This document shows, piece after piece, positions 1-13,052 of a stretch of 64,000 nucleotides of DNA. This DNA is from Heptranchias perlo. Its lineage: Eukaryota. Under the pieces are notes generated by a model, which made no database searches, was not told the DNA's origin, and worked only from the letters and a program-made list of their open reading frames with translations. Both the position numbers and the translations under genes were made by a program. The number at the start of each line of letters is the position of its first letter. Within the stretch, counting starts at the first letter, position 1. The stretch covers positions 26,722,001 through 26,786,000 of the forward strand of contig NC_090350.1 of assembly GCF_035084215.1 (NCBI RefSeq). The letters run 5' to 3'.

Positions 1-26
1 TTGCACTACAAACAAGATAGGTTTAC

Positions 27-79
27 CATCAGGAGGGCAAATTAGTGAATGCACAGGACACTTTAAAAATGGCTCTCTG
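27..79 (-). pseudogene. Candidate small exon (REPFLKCPVHSLICPPD)
   Basis: tatatttttag acceptor, gtaaac donor, one open frame. Link to the upstream pseudogene is not shown. Confidence 0.3.
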
Positions 80-1427
80 CTAAAAATATAGTACTGTTCA
101 TAAACTGTTTCAAGTAGCTGTTCCGTTCCAGTATGGCTAGAGTTGGGTTAATGTACTCATTTGCAAATGTCTGACTGTTTTCATTGTGCATTTTAAACTC
201 GTCTATCTCATATTGCAAATTCAATTGTTATTTCATAGCACCTAATTAATTGAGAAGCAAATTCAGAAACATTAATTATTGTGATTATTTCCCCCCAACC
301 CACTTCATATGGCGGAAACACATGTGGAAGAATTAGGAACAGTAAACCCAGGCCATTGTGCACCTTTTCCCCATTAACAGCTCCAACTTGATTCTAGCTT
401 GCAAGATCACTGTGAATTTTGAGATGGATTTTTCCAAGACAAGTATTGAAGGATACAATAGAATCTAAAGGGTTATTATAGTTAAATTTACTGCACTGCT
501 TCAGTTGTTTTGACACTAGCCTCATTGCTTTGCTATTATACTTTCTTCACTTGTCTTAGTAAAGTCATTATTTACTAATGTACAGAATGTCAGTCCCAAA
601 TTATTAATATAACTGGACCTGTCTTAAAATCTTGAATGATTCTTCTCTATCGGATGAGAAAACAATATAGAATAGAAGCAGCTCATAGTGAGGTCTCTCT
701 GTAGGACCCATTTACACTGTGTCGCTCTTTTATATGTCTGACTTCAATTCCATATGACTGTAGCTCCACGCTTTCATTTCTTTCCACGTGTAACTTCAAT
801 CATCCCCCATCACCGCTGTCCAGAAATGTGCCATAAATAAACCATCTGTCTCATAAACAATGAGATCACCATTTCAGACACATAACTGTTAACTCGATCA
901 CTACTCTGTTGTGTTGTGATTTCACCAGATGCTCCTGCTTCTATCACTGCAATAGTATCAAATCAAATATCATGCTATATTAGAAGCGGCTAAAACTCAT
1001 ACAAGTAAATATCAGATTTTTATTTGCATTTCCTGCATCGTGCTAAGATTTCAAGCTAATTATTTAGTACAGAATTGTTGTTTATTGGAGGCACTCACAC
1101 AGACAGGCAGATTCATAATGAAGCAATTTGGATTTGATAGGTCCCTTAGATCCCTTTAAAAGACTTTTAGTGCCTATAGATTTGGGAAGTTTTATAGTTA
1201 CCATTGCAACTTGACATATTGCTATTGTTTTTAAAGCAATATTATTACGAAGTATTTCATATGGTCTTCCATTTCTTCACATAAAATTGTTAGCCTCATG
1301 CGAAAAAAGCAGCACCTACTAAGAAACTTCCTTTTAATATGCTTCTTCATTCTTTTTCATCCCATATATAAAGTAATCATCTTTATAAATGAGTTGATAA
1401 TTTTGCTACACCTAATACAGAGAGGAA

Positions 1428-2271
1428 GGGGGGAATTTTAACCTCCAAGAATGGGTGGGTTGTTAAAATAATTGATTTTTCAAGCGCGACTGCAACTCGG
1501 CTCCAATGCGCCCACTTCTGGGTTTAACGGAGGAGGGTTTGGATGCGTAATTTACTCGCCGCAGTCGGGATCTTAATTAGTTCAGGAGGGTGGGTATTTC
1601 TTGGAGCAATTGATATCCTTGTGAGACATCAATTAGGTCTTTTTAAATTTAATTTTTACTGACCTTTAAATTTAACGCCTCCAGCGTGGGTTTCCCGGAG
1701 CCCGTGAATCTCGCCAGTGAAAAGGAGGCGAGAAGGGCCGGACCCTGAGGTGAGTGCCTTTATTGTACCACTTGTAGTCCAAGAGGAGCAGGAATGTTAC
1801 CTGCAGGCCCAACAAGCTTACCTGCCATGATAGGACCCTGGCGAACAGCCCCTCCCCCAACTGGATGTTGGAGACTCCCTGATGTCCAAGACCCCCCCTC
1901 CCCCCCCACCGATGTCCGGCTTTTCACTTCCCCAATGATGGCTGAATTCTCACCTCCCCCCCGCCGCGATCACCCCCCCATCCAACCCCCAAAGATCCCA
2001 ATCTCTCCCCAACCCCCCCATTCAACCCCCAAAGATCCTGATCTCTCCCCAACCCCCTCCCCCCACTGCATCCAACCCCCCAACTGCTTTCCCGCCCGAC
2101 AGGCAGCCAGCCTATCAATCTGAATGGCTGCTGGGCGCGAAAACCAGAAATAAAATTTTTATCCTTCAATTAAGTTGCGATCGCAGATTCCAACCCATCA
2201 ACTTCACTTGCGGGTTTCGTGTCCAATAAACTTCTCCCTGCTCTCTTCCCAGCTCCAGGCCAAAATCTCCC
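1428..2271. mobile_element. Harbinger-type MITE with C-rich interior
   Basis: Imperfect TIRs GGGGAATTTT / AAAATCTCCC. Internal block ggctgctgggcgcgaaa...caatta..tt.gatcgca is shared with the MITE at 24054-24687. Confidence 0.6.
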
Positions 2272-2536
2272 AACTATGAGGGAAGAATTGCTCCAGTCAC
2301 TACGTGTAACAAAATTGCAAACAAATCTAGTGAATTTTGTATGTTCAACTAATGGTTTACATGCTGAAAGGGTACAGGCCAAAAGCAATGATACGTAAAA
2401 GTTTCATAGGGAATGTAAAACAAGGAAATGAAGTGAGAATTTGCAGAAAACAATAGAACATAAACTAAGCTACTTTGGAGGGCTCTAGTAATGATGCTGG
2501 AAGAGATAATCCTTTCGATGAGGATGAATGCTTTAC

Positions 2537-2631
2537 CTTTCCCAAAGAAGTCAAACTCATTCTTATTACATGGGGTAGAGGATTTTTTACTGCTGTTTCG
2601 TGGATCATATTCTGCAATTCTGTCTGTTTTT
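2537..2631 (-). pseudogene. Candidate exon KTDRIAEYDPRNSSKKSSTPCNKNEFDFFGK, with a diverged tandem copy 180 bp upstream
   Basis: ctattttcacag acceptor, AAAG|gtaaag donor, open frame. Paralogous acceptor plus exon start at 2811 (KMDRIVEYDP). Confidence 0.45.
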
Positions 2632-3879
2632 CTGTGAAAATAGAAAGCAAGTAGCTTTACACAAAATATAGAGTAAAGCTGTGATTCTCTATATTCAGGT
2701 TCCACTAGTTTATAATAACTGAATAAGGCAAATTTTTATCTTCATTAGATGCAATTCCAGAATTTTTATTAATTTTTTTAGGGATCATATTCCACGATTC
2801 TGTCCATTTTTCTATGAAAACAAAGAACTAGTAGCTTCAGTGATAATGATGTTATGATGTATGGCTGCACTTAACGTGTTTGATTTAGAAGCAGGTCCCG
2901 TAACTGCTTTACAAAAGCGCAGGATCCCAACACTCCCCCTCAAATTAATCCGTTTCCTGGGAGTGTTGGAGAAAGAATTTAGAGCTAATGTTGAGCAATT
3001 GTGATTGGTGAGCAATTTTAGAAACCAGTTAATGAATTTCCAGCACACCAAGGGCTAACATCGACACAAAGCAAAAGCCGAACTATTAGATTCATTTTAA
3101 AATTGTAGGAATGCAAAGGCCCCTAAGAAATGACTATCATCCTTCCTTTCCCTTCTACTTAGTTCACCTACTTTCAGAGACAGAGTCCAAGGGTGTTTCT
3201 TTTATGCATAAATGGCCCATTTGTGTAACTTTCATATTTTCAATGGAAAAAACACTCAGCTGTAAATGGAAAACAATGGGGCTGCTACCATAATAACCAT
3301 GGAAACAGGTAATGTGGCTTTGTTTACAGTAACCAGCACTGGTTTGTATTCAGATCTTGTAAAGAACATTCTTTATGGGCTTTTGCTAAGCCTTAGACCT
3401 AAAGAATGTGAATCCATGAAAAGTCCATTATAGTTGATAAGAGCAAGTGACATTAATGGTGCTCCCCAGTTATTGAAATGGTTAGGAACAGTTGCTGTGA
3501 CTCTTAGTTGAGAAGTTACTTTATAAAATAGATCATGCCTGGGGGCTGTAATTTTGTCATGTTAAAGTTTGGGGAAAATCATGGCTTACTGGTGATAAAA
3601 ATATGAAAAGTCATGAAAATCAAAGCAAAAATCTGGAACAATCACAGACAAATTTAATATCTAAAGGTGGTGTGTAGAGAATCAATCAAGCCAGAAACCT
3701 AGGAGGCAGCATTCAATGGAGTACACAACATTCCTGCCTGTGTGCAGATTCTAGTGGTTTTTAACATTTTTCCTTACATAGTTCCTTTCTTTCTCTCCTC
3801 CCCTCAAACTACATTAATGTTGCCGTGGTAAGGGACATGGTTGCTCCTAGTTACTGACCTTCCATAGCATAGGTGAGGG

Positions 3880-4240
3880 TATGGGGTAGCATAGTCCACT
3901 GTTGGAGGGTCAGAGGTGCTGGCGTGCTTAGGCTCACCAAACCTGGTGTGAATCTTTTGGGACTGCTTTGGCTAAATCAGTTGCTGTTGAGGCCAGACTC
4001 AGTGATATTGTGGTTTCCTGAGGCAAGTCCCAACTGAAATGAGAAAGCAGCAATGCAGGAAGCAAGAGGACTATGCCAACCATGTGTACTCCCTCTGATA
4101 GAGTAAACAGCATTAACTGTTTTGATCGGCTGGTCATCTGTTCCGAGTGCTTTTTATTAATGGTGCTCATCTCACTTGCCTGTGACTGTGTACTGGAATT
4201 GAGAGGGAGGGTTGCCATTGGGACTTAGAAGACTCCTATC
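3880..4240 (+). mobile_element. Degraded ancient SINE-like repeat
   Basis: Loose similarity to the copies at 32100-32400 (+) and 58900-59250 (-). Confidence 0.3.
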
Positions 4241-4399
4241 AGAGAGCAGCATGGAGCAAAGCAGAGGACCGGCAGATTGGTTAAATAACTCTGTGGTGCC
4301 TGTGACAAACATTCAGCCTTAAAGCAACCTTAAGATGTTTTGATATGTTAAAGGGGCAATATAAATGCAAGTTGTTGTTGTTAATCGTGCCTCTTAACT

Positions 4400-5645
4400 G
4401 CAATGTATTGACCTGGGATGGGTCCATGGGCCCAGCGGAAAGGAAGAATAGGATTGTAGAAAGGACTTTAAATCAATAAAAGGGAGAGGGATTCAGGTGA
4501 AAATAATGGTAACCTATAATAATAGGCCAGAGTACAAAAAGTGATACAGATAACATAAATACTCAGGAGCAGAAAATCTTCAAGGAATTAATAATACAAT
4601 ATCTGCTAAAAATAAAGCAGGAGTGATGACAAACACAAACATATTAAATTGCTTATATAGCAATGTACAGAGTATCAGCAACAAAAAGTGTGATAAGTCA
4701 AAAATTTGAGAAAAACACCATATCAGGGAATATGAGCAGCGTGGGGACAGTTACCCAAATAAGGGTTCTGTACACAAATGCACATAGCATACAAAATAAA
4801 ACAAATGAGTTAGAAGCACAAATTCAGCTTAAAAGGTTTGCTGTAGTAACCATTGCACACACCTGGCTACAAGCTGGGCATGACTGGGAGCTAAATATTC
4901 CAGGCTATAGGATCTTTAGAAAGGACAGGAAAATTGAGAAAGGAGCAGCAATATTGATAAAAGACACAATTACAGCAGTAGAAAGAAAGGATTTCAGTAA
5001 TAGTGATCAGGCAGTGGAAACACTATGGGGAGAACGAAGGAACAGCAAAGGATGCAAGGCACTGGTGGGAATTGTCTGTAGTAATGATGTAGTGGGGAGA
5101 CATATAAATAGAGATCAGGGAAGCATGTTGCAGAAATAATGTGGTTATAATAGATTTTAATTTTCACATAGACTGGGAGATGCAGAAAAGCTCAAGTGGT
5201 AAAGGCAACAAATTTCAAGAATGTATTCGGGATAGTTGCCTTGAACAATATATTTTAGAACCGACAAAAGAACAGGCCATACTAGATTTAGTGATGAGTA
5301 ACGAACCAGAATTAGTTAACAATCTGACGGTAAAAGAGCATCTTTAGAATAGTGACCATAATACGATTGAATTTGATATTGGGTTTAAGAGGCAGAAGGG
5401 AGAGTCACAAGCCAAGGGTTTAAACTTAAATAAGGTAAACTTCAAAGGGATGAGAAATAAATTGACCACAGTAAACTGGGCTGAACTGTTATTTGGTCAA
5501 CCTATAGTCAAACAGTGGGAAGTATTCAAAAAAAAATATTTGCTACGATACAAAACTGGTAAACACCCTTAAAAGGCAAAAGCTTCACTTGGGCTGTTAA
5601 GCAACCATGGTCAAAAAATGAAGTTCGAGACAGTATCAAGCTAAC
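4400..5645 (+). mobile_element. CR1 LINE internal fragment (ORF2 endonuclease), degraded
   Basis: ORFs 4663-5139 and 5141-5347 contain LYTNAHSI, WELNIPGYRIFRKDR, DFNFHIDW and ILDLVMSNE, which are APE endonuclease motifs. Confidence 0.9.
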
Positions 5646-8264
5646 ACGACTCTACTTAACATCTTGGCTGGTATCTGAGCCAACCAATCTTGTTGCCTCC
5701 CGAGATCAGTGAGCTGCCACTAGGGCTGCGACTGACACCTGCAGCTTACCGGTAATAAACAAATGATGCCAGCAGACCCATTTCCTCATTAGGCGTGTGC
5801 AGTGTGCCCCGATTCAGGCACAATCCAATTTCTAGGCCATGTTATTTGAAACATGAATTTGTGCACACTTTTATGTAAATTGTACAGAGTGTCATTGTAA
5901 ATAGCTTCCCTTTTACTGTTTTACCACTTCAGCACAAAAAGAATTTTTAAAAAGCTAAGTTCAGATAATTACCCTCTGGTCCTGGGGCTGAGAAGTGAGT
6001 TATTCCATGTCTCTAAAAGCAGTTATATGTGAAAAAGCTTGACTTATCATGTGTTCTTTCTATTTTGCAAGTTGCAGTCGATTTGTAATTTACATGCTCA
6101 GATTTCACTTATTTAGTACAAATGAAAACAATGTGAAGGCGATTTATGAAGTGCAAAGAGATGAACTGTCAAATGAATTACAGTTTTGTCCTCCTGCTAG
6201 AGAAGTGAAAGACCTGGAATTGTAATGTGGTTTATTTCATAGTGACAATCAGTCTCCTTCCCCTACAGAATTCATTCTCAAGGACTCTAACTTCAACCTA
6301 CAAAAAGCAAAGGTTGATGATGGAGCTCGAGGTTTTTCCAAACTTTTTTTATTTTTATTTGGAAAAAGATATGAACCTGTATTTTGTGAGGTAACTGTAC
6401 CATTGTGTCAAACAGCATGTACAGGTGACTACATTGGTGCATTGGACATGTGCACCTCCCATCCACCATCAAGACCACCCATTTCCTCCTCTCAATATCG
6501 CTTGCCTCCACCCATATCTCACCCCTACTCAGAATTGCAGTGCAGCCTATGGTAAGTATTTTTGGAAGAAAGATATGGCCACTTTTTACACATCACATAA
6601 TGAAGGGTATACTAAATATACCTGCTTTTCTTATTTGGAGTCTAAGATATGAATGAGGAGTAAACTGTATGTTATGCTTGGTGTTTTACTCTGATTCCCT
6701 AGGGGATCCACTGGTATCCTGCCAGAGCTATGGTGGAACCCCACAGAATTTAAGGGCCTCTATGTTTAATTCTCATTCACACTTCATCCCCATTATCATT
6801 ATACACACTATATATATCTGAAGAAATATATAAGATCCTGGCTCCAGAAATGCTGGATGGCAAATGACACAAAGTCCAGACAAACTGGGCAACTATCTTC
6901 TGATGAAGATCACAAGCTTTTGTAATGAAGAGCTATTTTTATTCTATATTATTAATGATTCATTTTGGGACCAAAGCCTAGAAATTACTGTTAGTATTAT
7001 TAGCAAATAAATGTTTAACATATTCATATGACATTCTTTCATTCGCTCTTTTAACAAATATATGGGTTAACATCTTATTATGAATTCAGGTCTGCTGCAG
7101 ATACCTTCTCATGTTTTTGGTATCAATCACTTCCGTAAACAGACTGAACACTTTGTTTTTATGGGAGTTGACTCACACTCCCTATATCTCCTTATACGAT
7201 AGTGTAATCCAGTGATGCAATAACAGCATCCTCTTGTGATCTAGACCTCACATGTATTTCTTCAATCCCTCCATAGGCTGACTAAACAAACACTTTGTGA
7301 GACACGATTTAATGTAAATTGTTAAGCTGCTTTATTAGCCATCAGGTGAGTATACAGAACAAGAGTTGCATTTAGATTCAGTTAGTTCCATCAATACAAT
7401 TTATCTATGCATAATAATATTAAAATAATGAAGACACTATGCTACCACACTGGAGTGGATCGTCTCACTTCGCTTAAAGCTCATTTTCTAATTTGTCTCT
7501 CCTCTGTGTTCCATCCTTCTTGCACCCCTTTGCTACCTGATTGCCTCACAGCTCTCTCTTTTTTCAAAAGCCCAACTCCAGTGTCAGCTTTTAGTCGAAC
7601 TGAGTACTCTCTCTTTGCAAGAGTGAATCCACGAGCCTAACTTGACACCGGCCCCTGATGAGTTCAAGTAAATACAATTATCGCAACAGCACTGAGTGTG
7701 AACAATGACTGGAATGTCAATTTCATTGCCTCCAGCATGATGGTTCAGACACCCATCTGAAATCTAATCCATACTTGACAATCATACTATCCTCTGGATT
7801 TAATCCCTTGGGAGGTAAGATTAGCGCAATAAAAATATTTTTAACACACATTACAGCAAGGTCCCCCATGATGGCACAGTATGAAATCTTGAAACATGAC
7901 GCACCTGTATCAAAATAATGGACAAGGAGATCACAATAATGTCAGCAACAATAATTTCTAGGTTCAAAGGAGTTTAGTGGCATAGCAACAAACAAATATA
8001 TGAGCTTGATAATATATTACGACAATGTACATAATTCACATTTTATAGTTTTCAATTCAGTTTAGTACATTCTCTCATATGAAATCAGATAGACATCAGA
8101 AAATATTTATGTACATATAAAAAGTCTATTCTAAAATTCTGGAAAATGTGCCTAATAAGGTGTCAAAAGTCATAATTTTCTGCTGGGACATGCACTCTGC
8201 GCCCGAGAGAATGATGTAGAATATACACACTTCTAAAATTGTAACTGCACCACTGACCGTACAG

Positions 8265-8852
8265 CTTCTGAAACCCTCATCCATGCCTTTGTCACCTCTT
8301 TATTAGATTATTCCAGTGTTTATCTCGCTAACCTATTGATTTGCACTTTTCACAAATTGCAACTCAACCAAAATACCATTGCTGGCATCCTAACTCCCAA
8401 ACAAACTCCCGTTCCCCTATTATCCATGTCCCTACCAATCTGCATTGGCTTCCCATCCCCCAACACATTGATTTTGAAATCCTTGTCCTCACCTGCCAGC
8501 CCCTTCATGGTGTTGCCTCTCCCTATCCCTGCAGGCTTCTTCAATCCAATGTTCCAGAACGCACCTCCTTCTCTTCTAACTCTGGCCTCCTTCCAATCCC
8601 CCTCCCTTTGGTGGCAGAACCTTCAGCCATCACAACCCTACACGATGGAACATTTTCCCTAAACCACTCTATTTTGCTATTACTCTTCCCTTCTTCAAAA
8701 GCCTCCTTAAAATCTATAGTTATCTTTAATCTTGCCATCAATTGTATCCCTCTCTTACAACTTACCTAGTGTCTAGTTATTTTTTCCACCTCTGTGTAGC
8801 ACTTTCGAACATTTTATTATACCAAAGGTGCTATAAAATTGCAGGTTGTTAT
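8265..8852 (+). mobile_element. L2-clade LINE 3' fragment
   Basis: ETLIHAFVTS-type coding remnant, LHWLPI motif and a ...tgcaggttgttattgt tail; homologous to 10915-11918. Confidence 0.85.
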
Positions 8853-9201
8853 TGTCCATACAGCTGTGCTCACACTTGGAACAGCATGCTTGAGGTCGAG
8901 ATAATTTGGTGACGGTTCCTGGAAGACTTCACAACCCAGACATCTCAATGAATACTAGATCAGTCCCCAAAAAGGTAAGAATAGACCAAATTAGAAAATA
9001 AGGTCATAAATTAGGAATAGTCACCTCCTTAGCACCCAACCCTGCAAGACCCCTATCTATGAATGCAGGTCTTTGAATCTCTCTGACTCAGTCTATACTT
9101 TTAATTTCAATACTGCTTCATAATAGCTTTGTTCATGGTAAGTATCATTATTTGGTTCCATTGTGAACTGAGATTTTCTTCAAGCTGGTGGAGCTACTCA
9201 C

Positions 9202-9382
9202 CATAAATGGTGTAAAAAATGATATTGTGCATTATTCCACACTAGGCATATCTCCAGCGAGCTGACAACATGTTTTTCCAAAGCAGTTTCTTATGTTGAC
9301 ATTCGATCCTCTTTAATCTTTTTACCAAGACAAAGAAATACACATTGGATCCCATTCTAGACTTGGTGCATGCATGGGGAAA
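9202..9382 (-). pseudogene. Pseudo-exon with ankyrin-repeat-like motif
   Basis: ctatttcaatag acceptor and ATG|gtgagt donor. One frame reads FPMHAP...**RGSNVNIRNCFGKTCCQLA, resembling the ankyrin consensus GA.VN.RD..G.T.L.LA. Confidence 0.5.
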
Positions 9383-10019
9383 CTATTGAAATAGTTTTAA
9401 AATAAAATATGTATGCTTAGATAGTCTGGGATCAGTTTGTTCTTTAGTGTGTTCTGCCAAGGTATGCTTCTATCAGCATGTTCGTGCTTGCTTGCTTGCC
9501 GATCATTGCTAATCCAGTGATGAGCCTTAGACTCGGCTCTTGCCTTGCTGTAATTTAGTACAAGTAATAGTTTAGAGCACCTTTTAGAATGTGCAACACA
9601 AGGATAAAGTCATAGTTTGCTGATGTACCCTCTTACATCTGTACATCGCAATACGATAGCTACGGGTAACCAACTGCATGCCTGAAAATCTTGTTTATAA
9701 ATATACTGTGGAAATATTGTCTCATACACTACAGGCACCAACTGTCATTCTTCCTCTCAGTCAGCATGTACAATTGAGTGGTGTACGCTACTATACTAAG
9801 CTGAACTGAGCCAACCTGGACCCTTTGTAAAACACTCCGACAGTTTTTAAGGCAGTATCTCCAGTAAGATACCTCTTTTGTAACTCCTATCTATTATTAG
9901 CTTGTTAAAGCAGTACTTTAATTAAAAGGGATAAGCTTGTGGGGTCTAATGGCCATTTCACAAGTAACAAGGTACAGGTAATTACAGATTAGGATAACCA
10001 TTCCGTCCATTTTATTTCA

Positions 10020-10590
10020 TCAATCGAGGGTGATCTTAACATTCCCCATTGTAGCAACCAATTGTTCCTTGAATAATATCAGGGTTTTTGTCTCTACTAA
10101 TCTAACTGGAAATCTATTCCACGTGTTGGTAACTTTTTGTGGAAGAAGAATTCCCTGATATCAATCTTAAAATTACCTTTTACTAGTTTGAAGCTGTGCC
10201 CCCTTGTACTCTCACAGCTTAAATATAAGTAATATTCTAGGTTAACTTTTTCTATATCCTTAACAATCTTATAAAATCACTTCTGAGGTGCCTCCTTTCC
10301 AGGTTGAAAAAACTCAAGTGTGTCCAGTTTTTTTCTCAAAGCTCAGACCCCTGACACAAGGGATCAGCTTTGAGGCTCTTTTCTGCAGTGCCTCCAGTGC
10401 ATGAATGCCTTTCTTGTTTCTTGACGTCCAGAGATAGACACAGTATTCAAGGTGCAGTCTCACCAGGGCACTATAATGTATGATCACTACCTCCTCTGAC
10501 TTATATTCTACTGTTTCAAGCTAATAGTTCAACATGCTATTGCTTTGCATTGGTTGGACATATTTAGCATCGAGTCTACAAAGACTGTTA
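10020..10590 (-). mobile_element. CR1 LINE 3' fragment, degraded
   Basis: Reverse complement contains ALVRLHLEYCVYLW-like sequence and the CR1 3' RT-tail motifs. Confidence 0.75.
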
Positions 10591-10649
10591 AGCTTGATCC
10601 TGAGCGACCTTGTTCCTAAAAATTCTTATCTTCATTAACAGGCACTTAC

Positions 10650-10715
10650 TTTTCTTCCATTATCTAGACTTTGCTGCAGTAACTCAGATCCTGTTTTTTC
10701 TTTGTGTCATGTTAC
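10650..10715 (-). pseudogene. Pseudo-exon VT*HKEKTGSELLQQSLDNGRK (66 nt, phase 0/0)
   Basis: ctaaatag acceptor, gtaagt donor. Phase matches the preceding exon; one TGA. Confidence 0.55.
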
Positions 10716-10914
10716 CTATTTAGACGGTGAGGTATTTTCTTTTAAAAAAAAATACGAAACTTGTTTGCACCCATTAAAATTTGCTGACACTTCGTGCCTT
10801 TTCCTTACTGTGACTAGAGCACTCCCAGTCCAGGTCTCCATGGAACTGTCAAAATTCTGGGACTGAGGTAAAAGAAGAGGTTGTCAATTTCAGGCAACAT
10901 TATCCAAAAACACG

Positions 10915-11918
10915 TCAGGTTCCACATGCATGCTGACAACACCCAGCTCTATCTCACCACCGCCTCCCTCGACCCCTCCACTGTCTCTGATTTGTCACAC
11001 TGCTTGTCCTGCATAAAGTACTGAATGAGCAACAATTTCCCCCAACTAATTATTGGGAAGACCAAAGCCATTGTCTTCGGTCCCTACCACAAACTCCATT
11101 CCCTAGTCACCGAATCCATCCCTCTCTCTGGCCACTGTCTGAGGCTGAACCAGACCGTTTGCAACCTTGACGTCCTATTTGACCCTGAGATGAGCTTCCG
11201 ACCACATATCCGCTCCATCAACAAGACCGCCTACTTCCACCTCCGTAACATCGCACGTCTCCGCCCTTGCCTCAGCTCATCTGCTGCTGAAACCCTCATC
11301 CATGCCTTTGTTACCTCTAGACTTGACTATTCCAGTGCTCTCCTAGCCGGCCTCCCATCTTCCACCCTCCATAAACTTAAGCTCATCCAAAACTCTGATG
11401 TTCGTATCCTAACTCGCACCAAGTCCCGTTCACCCATCACCCTTGTGCTCCCAGTCCAGGAACGCCTCAATTTTCAAATTCTCATCTTTGTTTTCAAATC
11501 CCTCCATGGCCTCACCCCTCCCTATCTCTGTAACCTCCTCCAGCCCTACAACCCTTTGAGATCTCTGCACTCCTCCAATTCTTGCCTCTTGCACTCCTCC
11601 AATTAATTCTTGCCTCTTGCACATCCCTGATTTTAATCACTCCACCATTGGCAGCCATGCCTTCAACTGCCTAGGCCCTAAGCTCTGGAATTGCCCCCCT
11701 AAACCTCCCCGCCTCTCCACCTCTCTCTCTTCCTTTAAGATGCCCCTTAAAACCTACCTCTCTGACCAAGCTTTTGGTCACCTGTCCTCATATCTCCTTC
11801 CATGGCTCAGGGTCAAATTTCACTTGATTATCACTCGTAATGCGCCTTGGGACGTCTTACTACGTTAAAGGCGCTATATAAATGCAAGTAGTAGTAGTTG
11901 TTGTTGTTGTTGTTGTTG
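10915..11918 (+). mobile_element. L2-clade LINE, 5'-truncated, with (GTT)n tail
   Basis: ORF 11025-11606 (AYFHLRNIARLRPCLSSSAAETLIHAFVTSRLDY) is the L2 RT C-terminus; it ends in aaatgcaag(tag)(ttg)n. Confidence 0.92.
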
Positions 11919-12443
11919 ACATCATCTGAATGTTAGAAGGTTAAAATTTCCTTCAAAACCAATACTGTTCAACAAAGCTTTGAAAGCATGATCCCTCCTC
12001 AGTTTAATTATAACATAGCTGAATTCATTTAATCTAAAAAACAAACCTATACATTTAAAAAGAATTATATTAAGTTCCTAATGGCTGAAATTAATCTTAA
12101 TCACGGTATATAATCTGCATAAAAGTAATCTTTCTAAGTCTTGGAAAGACAACATTGAAGTTACTAACTGAAAACACCTGTGGTTCAGATTGCTTCATTA
12201 AAATCCACCAGTTAAGAAAAACTTATTTCCATTTATGTCCACGTGTCTCTCAACATTCACATTTTATCTGACACTTCTAATAATGTTTTGAAGTTTGCTA
12301 CGGAATATTATTTTCTTCTTTATGCATCATTAATTTATATATAAGGAATGAATCAGCCAAATTACTCCAGTACCACATTTGATTTGAGTGGAACTAACCC
12401 AAGGCAATAAACTAAAAGCCAGAACTAAATGTTTGAACACAAT

Positions 12444-13052
12444 GGCATAGAAATTCGGGTGTGCCTGATTCCCGGTTCCACGTTCAGGAAAGTATATTTT
12501 AAAATCTTATCTTGTTGGTTGTGGCCTAACCTTTAACGACTGCCTGTCGACCTGGTTTTCCTGAGGGGGGGGGGGCGGTAATCGGTGACCGGCAGTGACC
12601 TGCGTTCTTTGAATGTGGGGTAATCGGTGACCAGCAGTGGCCTGCGTTCTTTGAATGTGGGGTTGGGAGGAGCAATCCTGCTCCTTCTGGCTCCACATTC
12701 AGGTAAGTATATTTTAAAAATTTACCTTGTTGGTTGCAGCCTAACAGGTGGTCCTGCCTATTAGGCTACATGTAGGCCTGGTCTTCCTGAGTGCAGCTGA
12801 CAATGGCACGGGCTGCCTCAGGGCAAACCAATCTTGCAGTGGGGGCCTCAAACAGACATTAGGCTTCTTATTTGCATATGCAAAGGAGCTAATGCCAGTT
12901 TCAGGTGTGGGCACTGCACGCGATTTTTTGTCCTTTACCAATACGGCGGGCAACAATCTCTGGCTCGTAATGAGTGTGTGCTTCCTGCCCACCACATTAG
13001 AGGCTTAGGAGGTCATTTATCATCAGAAAACTGGGTATTGGATTTCTAGGCA
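12444..13052. mobile_element. Harbinger-type MITE
   Basis: Ends GGCATAGAAATT / ATTTCTAGGCA. Inverted homolog at 43844-44521. Internal 42-bp tandem duplication near 12578-12661. Confidence 0.7.

Noticed and set aside
1794-2169. Pro-rich and Gly-rich ORFs
   Set aside because: Low-complexity C-rich interior of a MITE; the same applies at 24356-24742.
7650-7680. CTGATGAG hammerhead core
   Set aside because: No downstream GAAA or supporting stems.
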